A stretch of 64,000 bases of DNA from NCBI GenBank assembly GCA_034669905.1, contig JAXMOL010000005.1, forward strand, positions 64,001 through 128,000, read 5' to 3'. Position 1 is the first letter of the stretch. Every line of letters starts with the position of its first letter. The notes beneath the pieces are model-generated. The model had not been told where the DNA came from and searched no databases. It was given only the letters and a program-made list of their open reading frames with translations. Positions 38,603 to 49,062 of the stretch are shown one piece after another. A program made the translations under genes and the position numbers. The stretch comes from Candidatus Hydrogenedentota bacterium (GTDB taxonomy: Bacteria > Hydrogenedentota > Hydrogenedentia > Hydrogenedentales > JAEUWI01).

Positions 38603-39976
38603 CTACTCCGCCAGCTGCAGCGACCGCGCCATCCAATAGGGCAACAGGTAGTCCACCCCCGGATAGGCCACGGGCCGTAATTCGACATCGGGCAAACGGG
38701 CGGGGGGCCGCTGCCAGATGAAATCCCGCATGGAACGTTGTCGCACGAAGAGAGCCCCTGGCGCATACTCGCCCGTCGTTGCATCCGCCACAGGCTCGGG
38801 CACGTGGAGAAACTTGTCCTCTGGAAAATCCAGGAGCCCCCCTTCCAAGGTCGCGATGGCCCCACGATCCCGAACGCCCGTAGCCACCAGGTAGATCGCG
38901 GCGAAGTGGGCATTCAGATGGGTGGACAGGTGCGCGCGGTAGTTCCGACGCAATACCTCCTGATAGGCCGCGCGACGACGGGGCGACTCCTCCAGCGTGC
39001 AGAGGGTAAACATGCGAATCATGTCCAGATTGTTGGGATAGTAGCGGTCCTCCGCCACATCCCGCAGCCCCGGACCCAGCCAGCGATCCACCACAAAGAA
39101 TAACCAACTGCCAAACGCGTAGTAGCCCCGCACCTCCCGAAAGGTGTCCGGACTTACCGTAAGCATGAGGCGCAACCAGGCCACATAGAAACTCGGGTTG
39201 GGCAGCTCCACGTTTCCCCGTTCATCCAGCAGGAGAAAGTTATCGCGAATCAAAGCCGTCCCCACCCGCTCGACCAGGGCCCGTACCTTCGCCCGAATGG
39301 CGCCGTCTTCCACGTTGCGCCACACGGCCGCACAGCCAAAATGGATACCATCATAGGTATCGCGGGAACTGTCGCCCAGCCAGATGAATTCCTCCCACGG
39401 TGCCACGCCAGGAAAGGCCCGGGCGCCAAAGCCAGGTCGCAAGAAAGCGGGACCGCCATACTGGGCATAGTAGGGCTGATAAAAGGGATCGGAAGCCGGC
39501 CCCAGGTAGCGCGCCACGTAGCCGTCCTTCCCACTCACGCGGGTCAGGTTGTCCAGCGCATCCAAGGTCCCGGAGATGGCCGCGAGCACCCCGTCACTGG
39601 GGGCCACGCGGTATTGAAAGGCCAGCGCCGCGAGATAGTGTCCGGTCCAGATAGCACCGTCACCGAGGCCGTCATACTGCAGAAGCGTCTTCCGGGTCCG
39701 GTCTGCCCACCGAAGATCCACCGTATAGCCATGGGGCTGGTGTTCCGCCTGGTAGGCCGAAAGGTAGAAATCCGCCTTCTCCCGCAACACGGCGGCCTGT
39801 CCGGCGTAGAGCCCGGGCCATACGGCAAAGCGTCCTTCCCGCACGTGATGAAGTGCCCCATCTTGCTCCACCGTGAGGCCTTGGGCAAAAACGTGGCTGG
39901 ACAAGAGCAGCACTGCCATCAGGCCCGCCCAGGCGGTACGTAGCTTCGGGTCCCTTACACGGGAATCACTGTTCAT
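38603..39976 (-). CDS. Secreted hypothetical protein, probable alpha/alpha-barrel
   Basis: AAGGAG RBS; signal peptide ending VFA-Q; DGAIWTGHYLAALAF, SRDTYDG, GVDYLLPYWMAR. Confidence 0.65.
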   Translation of the reverse strand: MNSDSRVRDPKLRTAWAGLMAVLLLSSHVFAQGLTVEQDGALHHVREGRFAVWPGLYAGQAAVLREKADFYLSAYQAEHQPHGYTVDLRWADRTRKTLLQYDGLGDGAIWTGHYLAALAFQYRVAPSDGVLAAISGTLDALDNLTRVSGKDGYVARYLGPASDPFYQPYYAQYGGPAFLRPGFGARAFPGVAPWEEFIWLGDSSRDTYDGIHFGCAAVWRNVEDGAIRAKVRALVERVGTALIRDNFLLLDERGNVELPNPSFYVAWLRLMLTVSPDTFREVRGYYAFGSWLFFVVDRWLGPGLRDVAEDRYYPNNLDMIRMFTLCTLEESPRRRAAYQEVLRRNYRAHLSTHLNAHFAAIYLVATGVRDRGAIATLEGGLLDFPEDKFLHVPEPVADATTGEYAPGALFVRQRSMRDFIWQRPPARLPDVELRPVAYPGVDYLLPYWMARSLQLAE

Positions 39977-40299
39977 TGACGCTCCTTTTTTCGAGGCCAT
40001 CAGGATACGACAAAGCATGGTGGGTAATCAGCTTGCCTACCTGAGAGAAAAACCATCAACCGCAATGCCCGTCGTACTGTTGGATGGCAAGGGCAGCCCC
40101 TCCCAGGGCGCACGTCGGGAATGGTAGTCGTGCCGCGCGATCTTCGTATAACGAGTCTAAACGAGTTCGGCAAAGTTCGTGCGCTTCCATTTTTCGTCTA
40201 CCAGCGCACACGACATCCCATGGAGGAATCAAATCGGTTTGAGAAATCGCCAATGCTGGGCTATAGTGGCTTATCACCTCACCTTGGAAGGAGTGCTGT

Positions 40300-41385
40300 A
40301 TGAAAGCCCTGGTCTTGAAGGCCCCCGAAAAACTGGAAGTAGCCGATGTGCCCGAGTTTGCGCCCGCGCCGGGTCAGGCCATCGTTCGGGTAAACAACTG
40401 TGGCATCTGCGGCAGTGACGTCCGCTATTTTTATGGGGAAAACCCCTGGGCGAAGCAGACCCTCGGTGAAAACATCGCCAATCCGCCCAACACCATCCTG
40501 GGCCATGAGTTCACGGGCGTGGTGGAGGCCGTTCACGACGAACAGGACCAGGCGCTCGTGGGCCAACGGGTGGCGGTGAACACCTTTATCACCTGCGGAC
40601 GCTGTGACTACTGCCGGGCCGGGCAGGAAAACATCTGTGCCCACACCAAGCACCTGGGCCACGGACAGGGTTGGGACGAGATGGATTTCTATCCCGGCGG
40701 CATGGCCGAGCGCTGTCCCGTTTTTGCCAATCAGGTCTACCCCCTGCCGGACCACGTGAGCAATGAGCAGGCCACCTTTCTCGACCCTATGATTGCCGCC
40801 CTCCACGCGACCGATGTGGGTGCGCCCACGTTGCTGGACGACGTGGCGATTCTTGGCGCTGGGCCTATCGGGTTGCTCATTGGCCAATTCGCCAAGGCCT
40901 ATGGGGCAAACCGGATGTTTATCTCCGATATTGCCGAGGAAAACCTGGCGGTGGCGCGGACGACAGGGCTGGGCAATGCGCTCAATGTCAGTGAAAACGA
41001 ATCGGCGCTCTACGCGTGCGTGATGGACACCACGGGCGGCATGGGCGTTCACATCGTCTACAACACCATAGGCACCCAGGCAAGTATTGAGCAGAGCCTC
41101 CGCATGCTGCGCAAGGGGGGCACGCTGGTTCTGCTTGCCACGAAAGACGCGAAGATTTCCTTTCCCGCGCTCCTGCTCAGCGGTGAGCGCACGATCAGGA
41201 CCTCGTCGAACGCGATGTATTCTGATTTCCCCCGCGCCCTGGAAATGCTCGCTTCCGGCATTGTGGATGTAGAGCCCCTCATCTCCCACCGCTTCCCCCT
41301 GACGGCTGCTTTGGAGGCCTTTGAGGTGGCGTGTCACAAGGCCACCTCGGGTGCCATCAAAGTCGTATTGGATTGCCAGTCATGA
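40300..41385 (+). CDS. Zn-dependent sugar/polyol dehydrogenase (MDR)
   Basis: CGICGSD, GHE, CGRCDYC...C, GAGPIG. Confidence 0.92.
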   Translation: MKALVLKAPEKLEVADVPEFAPAPGQAIVRVNNCGICGSDVRYFYGENPWAKQTLGENIANPPNTILGHEFTGVVEAVHDEQDQALVGQRVAVNTFITCGRCDYCRAGQENICAHTKHLGHGQGWDEMDFYPGGMAERCPVFANQVYPLPDHVSNEQATFLDPMIAALHATDVGAPTLLDDVAILGAGPIGLLIGQFAKAYGANRMFISDIAEENLAVARTTGLGNALNVSENESALYACVMDTTGGMGVHIVYNTIGTQASIEQSLRMLRKGGTLVLLATKDAKISFPALLLSGERTIRTSSNAMYSDFPRALEMLASGIVDVEPLISHRFPLTAALEAFEVACHKATSGAIKVVLDCQS

Positions 41386-42209
41386 GGGACCTGATCGCAG
41401 AGATTGACGATGCCACCGTGACACCCGGCACCTTTCGGTGTTGGTGGATTGGTCAAGAGGGCTATGTCTTCAAGACCTCCCGACAGATAATCTACATCGA
41501 CCCTTACCTCAGCACCTACGCCGAAGATCTCACCCGGGGGCAGGCCAATGAACACGTTCGCATTCACGACGCGCCCATGGCACCGGAAGCGGTCCATCAT
41601 GCTGACCTCGTGTTGTGCACCCACGATCACGCGGACCACATCGATCCGGACAGTATCCCCGCCATTGCCATGGCTTCGCCCCAGGCTCAGTTTGTGGTGC
41701 CGGAATGTGCCCGCCATACCCTCCTCGGTTTCGGGATTGCCCCCGAACGCATTCACACCCTGCGAGGCGATGACCGCCTGACGGTCGAAGGGCTGACCAT
41801 CCACGCCATCCCCGCAAAGCATGAGCAGTTCGACGAAGACCCCGAAAAGGGCTTCCCGTTCCTGAGCTACGTCTTTGACGTGGAGGGCCACACGGTCCTC
41901 CACGCCGGCGACACCATCCCCTATCCCGGTCAAACCGAGAAGATGCTTTCCCACCGGGCAGCCCTCGCTTTCCTCCCCATCAACGGACGGGATGCCTTTC
42001 GCAAGGCGCTGGACTTTGAAGGCAACTACACCTGTGAAGAAGCCGTCGGCGTGGGTCTTTCCATCAAGGCGGGGCTCACCATCCCCATGCACTACGACCT
42101 GTTCACCTTGAACACGGCGGACGTCCGCGACTTTGAGCGTATTGCGTCCCATAGGGGCTTGAATCACTACGTGATGCAACACGGCGAAGGCATCACCTTT
42201 CCCCCTTGA
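41382..42209 (+). CDS. MBL-fold hydrolase (UlaG-like lactonase)
   Basis: IDPYLS, THDHADHID, HAGDT, PMHYD. Confidence 0.88.
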   Translation: MRDLIAEIDDATVTPGTFRCWWIGQEGYVFKTSRQIIYIDPYLSTYAEDLTRGQANEHVRIHDAPMAPEAVHHADLVLCTHDHADHIDPDSIPAIAMASPQAQFVVPECARHTLLGFGIAPERIHTLRGDDRLTVEGLTIHAIPAKHEQFDEDPEKGFPFLSYVFDVEGHTVLHAGDTIPYPGQTEKMLSHRAALAFLPINGRDAFRKALDFEGNYTCEEAVGVGLSIKAGLTIPMHYDLFTLNTADVRDFERIASHRGLNHYVMQHGEGITFPP

Positions 42210-42230
42210 CGCGACCCGAAGGAGAAGGCC

Positions 42231-42995
42231 ATGAATTTACAGGACAAACGGATTCTCGTGACCGGCTCCAGCCGGGGGATTGGGCGGGCCATTGCCGAGG
42301 AAGCCGCGCGGTGCGGCGCGACGGTGGTGGTCCACGGCCCCACGGACGACGAAGAACTTCAGGGTGCCTACACCGCGATTTCAGCGCTGAATCCAACGGC
42401 CATCAAGCTGGCTGCCGAGCTTTCTGAGCCCGAGGCCATCGCTGCGCTCTTCCAGCAGATAGATTCCCAGTTGGGGGGTATTGACGCCCTGGTGAACAAT
42501 GCCGCCACGCAGAACGGCAGTCCAATTCTGGAACTCGCGACGGAAGACTGGGACCGCATCATGGCGGTCAACCTGCGCGCCCCCTTTCTCTGTGCCCAAC
42601 ATGCCGCGCGGGGCATGGTGGACCGGGGTGCGGGCGGCACCATCGTCAACATCAGCTCGGTCCACGCCTATGATCCCCGACGGGACTACGCCCACTACAG
42701 CACGTCCAAGGGCGGGCTGGAGCAACTCACCCGCTGCCTCGCCCTGGAACTCGGGGAGCATGGCATTCGGGCAAACAGTATCGTGGTCGGTGCGGTGGCC
42801 ACCGAGCTGACACCCCAGGACCGGCAAGACGCCTTTGGAACCGCCATCCCCATGGGCCGCGTCGGCTGGGTGGACGAGATCGCCCGGATGGCGGCCTTCC
42901 TGTGTTCCGACGCCTGTGTCTATCAGACGGGCTCCAGCGTGACGGTGGATGGTGGCTTGACCCTGGGCTTCTGCGCGAGTCGCCGGGATCTGTGA
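42231..42995 (+). CDS. SDR oxidoreductase (glucose-1-dehydrogenase-like)
   Basis: TGSSRGIG, NNAA, SSVH, YSTSK, VDGG. Confidence 0.9.
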   Translation: MNLQDKRILVTGSSRGIGRAIAEEAARCGATVVVHGPTDDEELQGAYTAISALNPTAIKLAAELSEPEAIAALFQQIDSQLGGIDALVNNAATQNGSPILELATEDWDRIMAVNLRAPFLCAQHAARGMVDRGAGGTIVNISSVHAYDPRRDYAHYSTSKGGLEQLTRCLALELGEHGIRANSIVVGAVATELTPQDRQDAFGTAIPMGRVGWVDEIARMAAFLCSDACVYQTGSSVTVDGGLTLGFCASRRDL

Positions 42996-43170
42996 TTCCA
43001 GTAAATCAACGGGCGTCCTGGTTCAAGACGCCCGGGCACAGGGTGCCGCATATCCTCTTCGGTTCAGTTACTCCACGCACACGAACCGGCAGGGCCGGAT
43101 CGCGTGGCACGGCAGGGGTATTTTTTCAAGAATATTGGCCGCGTTAACGATTTCCCTTACATCCCCCCTT

Positions 43171-43203
43171 CTATGCGTGTAAATTCGTGGCCATTCGTGG
43201 CTA
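43171..43203. repeat. CCACGAAT-type short repeat, resembling the GxxExxY-associated repeats
   Basis: Minus strand AGCCACGAATGGCCACGAATTTACACGCAT resembles the repeats at 52446-52646. Confidence 0.5.
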
Positions 43204-43324
43204 AAAAACCTCGTCCCACCACCATTTCCACACAAAAATCTAATCGATCCCCTCTGGAAACCCCTTCCGGGCGAATGCTATAGTGCCTGAGCGCACGTTT
43301 CGTCTTTACCATGAGGGTTTTCCC

Positions 43325-44755
43325 ATGTCTTTCTGGCACCGCTGCATGCGTTTTGTACCATGCACTTCCCTGGTTCTGGCCGCCTCCGTGGCCTTGTCCC
43401 CGGCCCACGCCGACTGGCCCACCTACCGCCACGACATCGCCCGTTCCGGCATTGCGTCGGACCCCCTGGGCACGTCGCTGGAGCCCGCCTGGGTCTATCG
43501 CGCAGCCCACGCGCCCCAGCCCGCCTGGCCGGGTCCCGCCCGTCGCGACGGGTGGCACAAATCGGACCCCCTCAAGGCCCGCATGATTTTCGACTGGGCT
43601 TTCCACGTCGTCATGGACGAAGAGCACTTCTATTTCGGCTCCTCCGCGGATGACAAGGTCTACGCCATTGATCTGGCCACGGGCGAAGAAGCCTGGACCT
43701 TTTTCACGGGCGGACCGGTTCGCCTGGCCCCCACGGTGCACGACGGCAAGGTCTACGCCGGTTCCGATGACGGCAAGGTCTATTGCCTCGACGCCACAGG
43801 CGGCGAAGAGATCTGGCGTCATCAGGTCGCCCCCGACAGCTATCTTCTCCCTGGAAATGCCCGGGTAATCTCAATTTCTCCTGTACGAACCGGGGTCCTG
43901 GTGGATAACGGCATGGCCTATTTCGGCAGTGGCGTATTTACCTTTGAAGGGGCCTACCTCTGCGCCGCCGATGCCAACACGGGCAAGCCCATCTGGAAAA
44001 AGAAAATCAACAACACGGCCCAGGGCTACATGCTCGCGTCTCCCGAGAGTTTGTATGTGGCCCGGGCGCGATTGAACCCCCTCGTGCTCACGCGAGATGC
44101 CGGTGACGTGGAATACAGCCACTCCGGTGGTGGCGGCAGCTTTTCGGTCCTGGTAGACGACTACCTCTTTTACGGCCCCGGCCGCACCGGCCAGATCGAA
44201 GCCGCCCGCTCCGACAAGGGCCGGCACCTGGTCACCTTCCAGGGCAACGTACTCGTTGTGGATGGTCCCCTGGCCTACATGCAATCGGATACGGAACTGC
44301 AGAGCCTCGACCGGGGCCGCTATCTCGCCCTGGCCGAAGAGCGCAAGCTCATCGACATGAAGAAAGACATGGCCAAGCAAAAGCTCAAGGCCCTGAAGAA
44401 AGAAGAAGAACAGACCGACGAACTCAAGGCGGAGATGGATGAACTCGTGGCCAAGATGGAAGGCTACGACAAGGAAATGGCCCCCTATGCAGAGAAAATG
44501 GAAGCCTGCATGCGGTGGAAAGTACCGAGCGCCTATCCCTATTCGCTGATTCTTGCGGGTGAACGGCTCTACGCCGGTGGCCTCAATGAGGTCGCGGCCA
44601 TTAATCCCGACAACGGCGAAGTCAGTTGGAAGGCACCGGTAGAAGGCCGCGCCCTCGAACTCGCCAGCGCCAACGGCTATTTGCTCGTAAGCACGGATCA
44701 GGGCGTCATCCACGCCTTCAAAGAAACTACGCCCCAGATTGCGAAGAAGCAATGA
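43325..44755 (+). CDS. Secreted PQQ-like (BamB-type) beta-propeller protein
   Basis: Signal peptide; DWPTYRHD..RSG; repeated GS.D.KVY.LD..TG...W blades; coiled-coil insert. Confidence 0.85.
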   Translation: MSFWHRCMRFVPCTSLVLAASVALSPAHADWPTYRHDIARSGIASDPLGTSLEPAWVYRAAHAPQPAWPGPARRDGWHKSDPLKARMIFDWAFHVVMDEEHFYFGSSADDKVYAIDLATGEEAWTFFTGGPVRLAPTVHDGKVYAGSDDGKVYCLDATGGEEIWRHQVAPDSYLLPGNARVISISPVRTGVLVDNGMAYFGSGVFTFEGAYLCAADANTGKPIWKKKINNTAQGYMLASPESLYVARARLNPLVLTRDAGDVEYSHSGGGGSFSVLVDDYLFYGPGRTGQIEAARSDKGRHLVTFQGNVLVVDGPLAYMQSDTELQSLDRGRYLALAEERKLIDMKKDMAKQKLKALKKEEEQTDELKAEMDELVAKMEGYDKEMAPYAEKMEACMRWKVPSAYPYSLILAGERLYAGGLNEVAAINPDNGEVSWKAPVEGRALELASANGYLLVSTDQGVIHAFKETTPQIAKKQ

Positions 44756-47589
44756 AGCACCTGCCCAGCCCCATGCGCGGAGTATCTCTCATGAACCATT
44801 CCCTTAGCGTACTTTCCCTCCTGTTGGTGGCCTTTTCCGCTGTGGCCGATGACAGCCTCATCGCCCATTGGCGTTTTGACGAGGCCGCCCTGCAAGACAA
44901 TCAGTTTGCCGAAACGGTCCATGGCGCCCACGTCGCCCTCGAAGGCCCCACCGCCTTTGGCGGCACAGGCGACGACGTTGCGGCCCTGGTTTCCCTCAAC
45001 GACACCAAACTCACGGTGCCCGCCGAAACGTCCACCACGGCCCTCCCCACCGAAGCCATGACCGTGGCGGTCTGGCTCTCCATCGAGCGTACGGTGGAAT
45101 GGGCCGACATACTCGGAGCGGCCCAGCGCAATGGGGGCCTGCAGAAAGGCTGGAGCCTCGGCTTCCGGCAATCCAATTTCAGCTTTGGCCTGAGTACCGC
45201 CGGGGCCGATGATGGCGATGGCAACATGACCTATGCCCGCTCCCTCCACTCCCTCGAATGGGGTAAGTGGTATCACGTGGTCGGCACCTACGACGGCGCA
45301 ACCCAGCGACTCTATGTCAACGGCGAACTCGTGGCCGAAGAAAGCGCACAGAGCGGCGCGATTCTATATCCCGAAGACCCTTCCCTCGTTTTTGCAGGCG
45401 GCAGTGACGGCGGCTGGCGTGGCTGGCTCTATGAAGGGGCCATCTACAACCGGGCGCTCAGCGCCGACGAAGTGACCGCGGCTTACGCTGCTAAACAGGG
45501 GCACTTCCCCACGGCCCTTCATGTAAAGGTCGGCCCCTATCTCCAGCGCATGGATAAGGATCGGGTGCGCATCGCCTGGGAAACGGAGACACCCAGCGCG
45601 TCGACCTTGCTCTGGGGCGACGCCCTTCCCTTGTCTGCTACCCAGACCAGCGACGAAAAGCGCAAGCAACATACCGTCATCGTCGATGGCCTGCAACCTG
45701 AGACCATATACTGGTATCGTGTCGCCTTCGAAGACGAATCCGGTAAAACCCAATACACGCGGGTCCACGAATTCGACTCCACCTTTGACTACACACCGGT
45801 GCGTGTCACGGCCAAGCCCTTCCCCTACGAAAATGCGGCGGAGCAGGAACGCTTTTCCGCGTTGGCCGAACAGATTCTGAATGAAACTGGCATCACCCAG
45901 GGCTATGCCCTGGTGGTCGGTTCTGGCAAAGGTCGTCTGGCCTACGAATTGGCCTGGCAATCAGACCTCCAAATCATCTGCGTCGATGACGACCCCAAGC
46001 AGGTACAGGCCGTTCGTCGCGCACTGGATAAAACCGGTGTCTATGGCGTAAAAGTCAGCGTGGTGGAAGCCGATCTCAATGACCTGCCCATGACCCAATA
46101 CTTCGCCAACCTCGTCGTTTCCGAAAGTCTCCTGGACGGCGACATGCCGGGCAGCATCGACGAACTCAATCGGGTGACCCGTCCCGATGGCGGGAAACTC
46201 TGGCTCCAGTGGGATCCGTCCCACGAGGACGCCGTTCAGGAATGGCTCGGCACGGCACCCAATGAATGGACCCTTGCCGATAACCGGGCGACCTTCACCC
46301 GGCCCATGGTGCCCGGCGCCGGCAAATGGACCCATCAGTATGGCCAGGGCAACAACGCGGCCAACAGCGACGATGCCGTCATCGGCGGTGCCATGGCCGC
46401 CCTGTGGTATGGCGAGCCCGGCCCCCGCCCCATGGTGGACCGGGGCACCCGCTCTCCCGCCCCCCTCAGCACGCGGGCACGCCTCTACGTGCAGGGTGAC
46501 CGACGCCTCTTCGGGATTGATGCCTTTAATGGCACCATCTACTGGGACCTCGAAATCCCCAACCTGCGCCGGGCCAATGTCCCGCGGGATGGCAGCAACA
46601 TGGTCGCCAATGAGCACACGCTCTACGCGACGGTACGGGACCGGTGCTGGGTGCTGGATGGCCAGACGGGTGCGCTGAAAGCCGCATTCGAATTGCCCGA
46701 AGGCTATCGGGAAGATTATGACTGGGGCTATCTCGCCTCGGAAGGTGAAGTCCTCTATGGCTCCGCCGTACGGCGCGGTGGACTCTTCGTAGGGGCCGAT
46801 GGCGAATGGTATGACGACCCCGGCAATGAGTCCCAGAAGGTCATCAGCGACGTGCTCTTCGCCATGGACCGCCACTCGGGCGAATTGCTCTGGACCCGGG
46901 AAGGCGGCGCGGTTGTGAACTCGACGATTACCCTCGGCGGGAACCGTCTCTTCTTCATGGAAAGCCGGAGTGATGCCGTGAAGGCCCTCGAAGCCGGACG
47001 CGCCGGGGACGAGATTTCCAAGGACCGCTTCCTGGTGTCGATGGATGCCCAGAATGGTAGTGCCCTCTGGGATCGACCCTACGGCGAAGACAAAGCCACC
47101 TTTGTCATGTACCTGATGCACACCGATGAGCGGCTTATCGCGGTGGACTCGTCGGACCGTTGGGAACTCTCTGCGTTTGGTATCTCCGACGGTGAACTGC
47201 TCTGGGAACAGAGCTACGAATGGCTGAGGGACCACCATGGCGGCGCTATGACCCACCCCGCCATCATTGGCGACATGATAGTCGCAGAGCCCAAGATTGT
47301 GAGCCTGAGTTCCGGGGAAGTCCTGCGCGACGTGCCGGATCGCAATCATGGCTGTGGTACGTTGGCCGCCTCGCGGGACACCATTCTCTGGCGCGACGGC
47401 AACCACGGCATGTGGAACGTGGAGACCGACGAGCGCACCGTGTGGAATGATTTCCGTCCCGGTTGCTGGTTGGGCCTTATCAGCGCCAACGGACTCTTGC
47501 TCGCCCCCGAAACGAGTGCGGGCTGCTGGTGCGCCAGTCAACCCCTACAGACTTCCGTCGCCTTTGCGAAAGCCGACGCGGCGCGGTGA
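44752..47589 (+). CDS. Multidomain exported protein: LamG + purple-acid-phosphatase N-terminal/FN3 + class I methyltransferase-like + PQQ propeller (start may be 44791)
   Basis: WYHVVGTYDG..RLYVNG; GPYLQ...IAWET...GLQPET.YWY; ALVVGSGKGRLA...RVTRPDGG; WTHQYG; C-terminal GCG, RPGCW, GCWC. Confidence 0.8.
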   Translation: MKHLPSPMRGVSLMNHSLSVLSLLLVAFSAVADDSLIAHWRFDEAALQDNQFAETVHGAHVALEGPTAFGGTGDDVAALVSLNDTKLTVPAETSTTALPTEAMTVAVWLSIERTVEWADILGAAQRNGGLQKGWSLGFRQSNFSFGLSTAGADDGDGNMTYARSLHSLEWGKWYHVVGTYDGATQRLYVNGELVAEESAQSGAILYPEDPSLVFAGGSDGGWRGWLYEGAIYNRALSADEVTAAYAAKQGHFPTALHVKVGPYLQRMDKDRVRIAWETETPSASTLLWGDALPLSATQTSDEKRKQHTVIVDGLQPETIYWYRVAFEDESGKTQYTRVHEFDSTFDYTPVRVTAKPFPYENAAEQERFSALAEQILNETGITQGYALVVGSGKGRLAYELAWQSDLQIICVDDDPKQVQAVRRALDKTGVYGVKVSVVEADLNDLPMTQYFANLVVSESLLDGDMPGSIDELNRVTRPDGGKLWLQWDPSHEDAVQEWLGTAPNEWTLADNRATFTRPMVPGAGKWTHQYGQGNNAANSDDAVIGGAMAALWYGEPGPRPMVDRGTRSPAPLSTRARLYVQGDRRLFGIDAFNGTIYWDLEIPNLRRANVPRDGSNMVANEHTLYATVRDRCWVLDGQTGALKAAFELPEGYREDYDWGYLASEGEVLYGSAVRRGGLFVGADGEWYDDPGNESQKVISDVLFAMDRHSGELLWTREGGAVVNSTITLGGNRLFFMESRSDAVKALEAGRAGDEISKDRFLVSMDAQNGSALWDRPYGEDKATFVMYLMHTDERLIAVDSSDRWELSAFGISDGELLWEQSYEWLRDHHGGAMTHPAIIGDMIVAEPKIVSLSSGEVLRDVPDRNHGCGTLAASRDTILWRDGNHGMWNVETDERTVWNDFRPGCWLGLISANGLLLAPETSAGCWCASQPLQTSVAFAKADAAR

Positions 47590-47602
47590 GGGAAACGGTA
47601 CG

Positions 47603-47755
47603 TGTGGGACCGGTGCGACCTATGGGATAAGTAGGACGCATATTGCCCCCTCACGACACATCAAGACGTAAAAGACCCACGGGGCGCTTCCCGGGTTCGC
47701 TCCATGGGAACTCGGGAAAAGTCCCACTGGTCTTACGGGTCCTACAGGTCCCACA
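47603..47755. repeat. Inverted arrays of 9-bp GGGAC/GTCCC units
   Basis: gggaccggt gcgacctat gggataagt aggac ... gtcccactg gtcttacgg gtcctacag gtcccac. Confidence 0.55.
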
Positions 47756-47773
47756 ACGCAGGATAACAACAGC

Positions 47774-49060
47774 ATGACCAAACTGACTTTCAAAACCCGC
47801 GCTCTGAGCCTCGTCATCCTCCTGGCCATCGCCTTACCTGCCATGGCGTGCCGTTACTCGGTGCGTGAAGTGGGCTTTGTCGACCTGGACGAGGCCCCCT
47901 ATCAGTTCTATCTCTATCCCGGTGATGCCCCGACCGATGTGGTGGCCCGGGTCAAGCGGGCGGCCTACACGGCCTTCATCGATGCCCATATACTCATCCA
48001 CGAGGTGGGACCCGACAAGCAACCCGAAGTAGACTATGTGAAACGCCATCATCTGGAGCACTTTCCGGCGGGTGTGCTGGTGGCACCCGAAGGCCAGTCC
48101 CTGCCAGTAAACTTTCCCGAAGCCGCACTGGGCGACGATGACGCCCTCCTCGCCTTGCTCCATCCCCTCGTTCGCTCGCCCAAACGGGACGCGCTGCTTG
48201 AAAAGGTCATCGAGCCCTTCTGCACCCTCCTGCTGATTCACGGCGACGACGAAAAACTCAATGTCACGACGAAGGCGCGCATCGAAGCGGCCATCGTCGA
48301 ACTGACCGACAACATGGACCAGCTCGAAAAAGGCACCGAGGTCCCGCCCCAGTTGGTGGAACTGACCATCGCCGAGCGGGCCACGGAAGTCCCCCTCCTC
48401 TGGAGCCTCGGCCTTTCCCCCACGGCATTGGCCGAGCCACGGGTGGCCGTCCTCTTTGGCCGGGCACGCCGTATGGGCTCCATCTTGCGTGGTGACCGGG
48501 TGAGCCAGGAATCGCTCATGGAAGTCATGACCCTCATTGGTGCCTCCTGCGAATGTGGCCTCGACCGCAAATGGATGCAGGGCCCCATGCTCCCCCTCGA
48601 ATGGGACAGCACGGACCAGTCCGAACTGGCCGCCCACCTGGGCTTCGACCCGGAAAGCCCCCTCGTAAAAACCGAAATCAGCCAGATTATCGCCCAGGGC
48701 ATGGCCCAACAGGGCAGCGGCACCAAGATGGACTCCATCCTCGGTGTGGATGAAGCCGAAGGTCGCAGGGCGGCCGCTTCGGTGGAAATGGAAGATATTT
48801 TGGTGGCGGAGAATGTGCCCTTGGGCGACGGTGACACCATCGTGGAAGATGTGCCGTTGGACGGGTCGGAGACCCTTGTAGAAGACGTACCCTTAGTCGA
48901 CGCTACGCCCCCGGTGGACAAAAACGAAAACATGGACGTCCTCGAAGAAGAAAAACACTTTCCCGTACCCCGGCCTACAGTCCTCAAGATAATCGCTTTT
49001 GTTGTTATCGCCAACATTGGCGGTGCCTTTTACCTCTTCCGCAGGAAGTCTGGCCAATAG
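47774..49060 (+). CDS. Exported, C-terminally anchored hypothetical protein with Cys motifs
   Basis: Signal peptide then ACRYSV; SCECG; C-terminal TM followed by RRK. Confidence 0.7.
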   Translation: MTKLTFKTRALSLVILLAIALPAMACRYSVREVGFVDLDEAPYQFYLYPGDAPTDVVARVKRAAYTAFIDAHILIHEVGPDKQPEVDYVKRHHLEHFPAGVLVAPEGQSLPVNFPEAALGDDDALLALLHPLVRSPKRDALLEKVIEPFCTLLLIHGDDEKLNVTTKARIEAAIVELTDNMDQLEKGTEVPPQLVELTIAERATEVPLLWSLGLSPTALAEPRVAVLFGRARRMGSILRGDRVSQESLMEVMTLIGASCECGLDRKWMQGPMLPLEWDSTDQSELAAHLGFDPESPLVKTEISQIIAQGMAQQGSGTKMDSILGVDEAEGRRAAASVEMEDILVAENVPLGDGDTIVEDVPLDGSETLVEDVPLVDATPPVDKNENMDVLEEEKHFPVPRPTVLKIIAFVVIANIGGAFYLFRRKSGQ

Positions 49061-49062
49061 TC

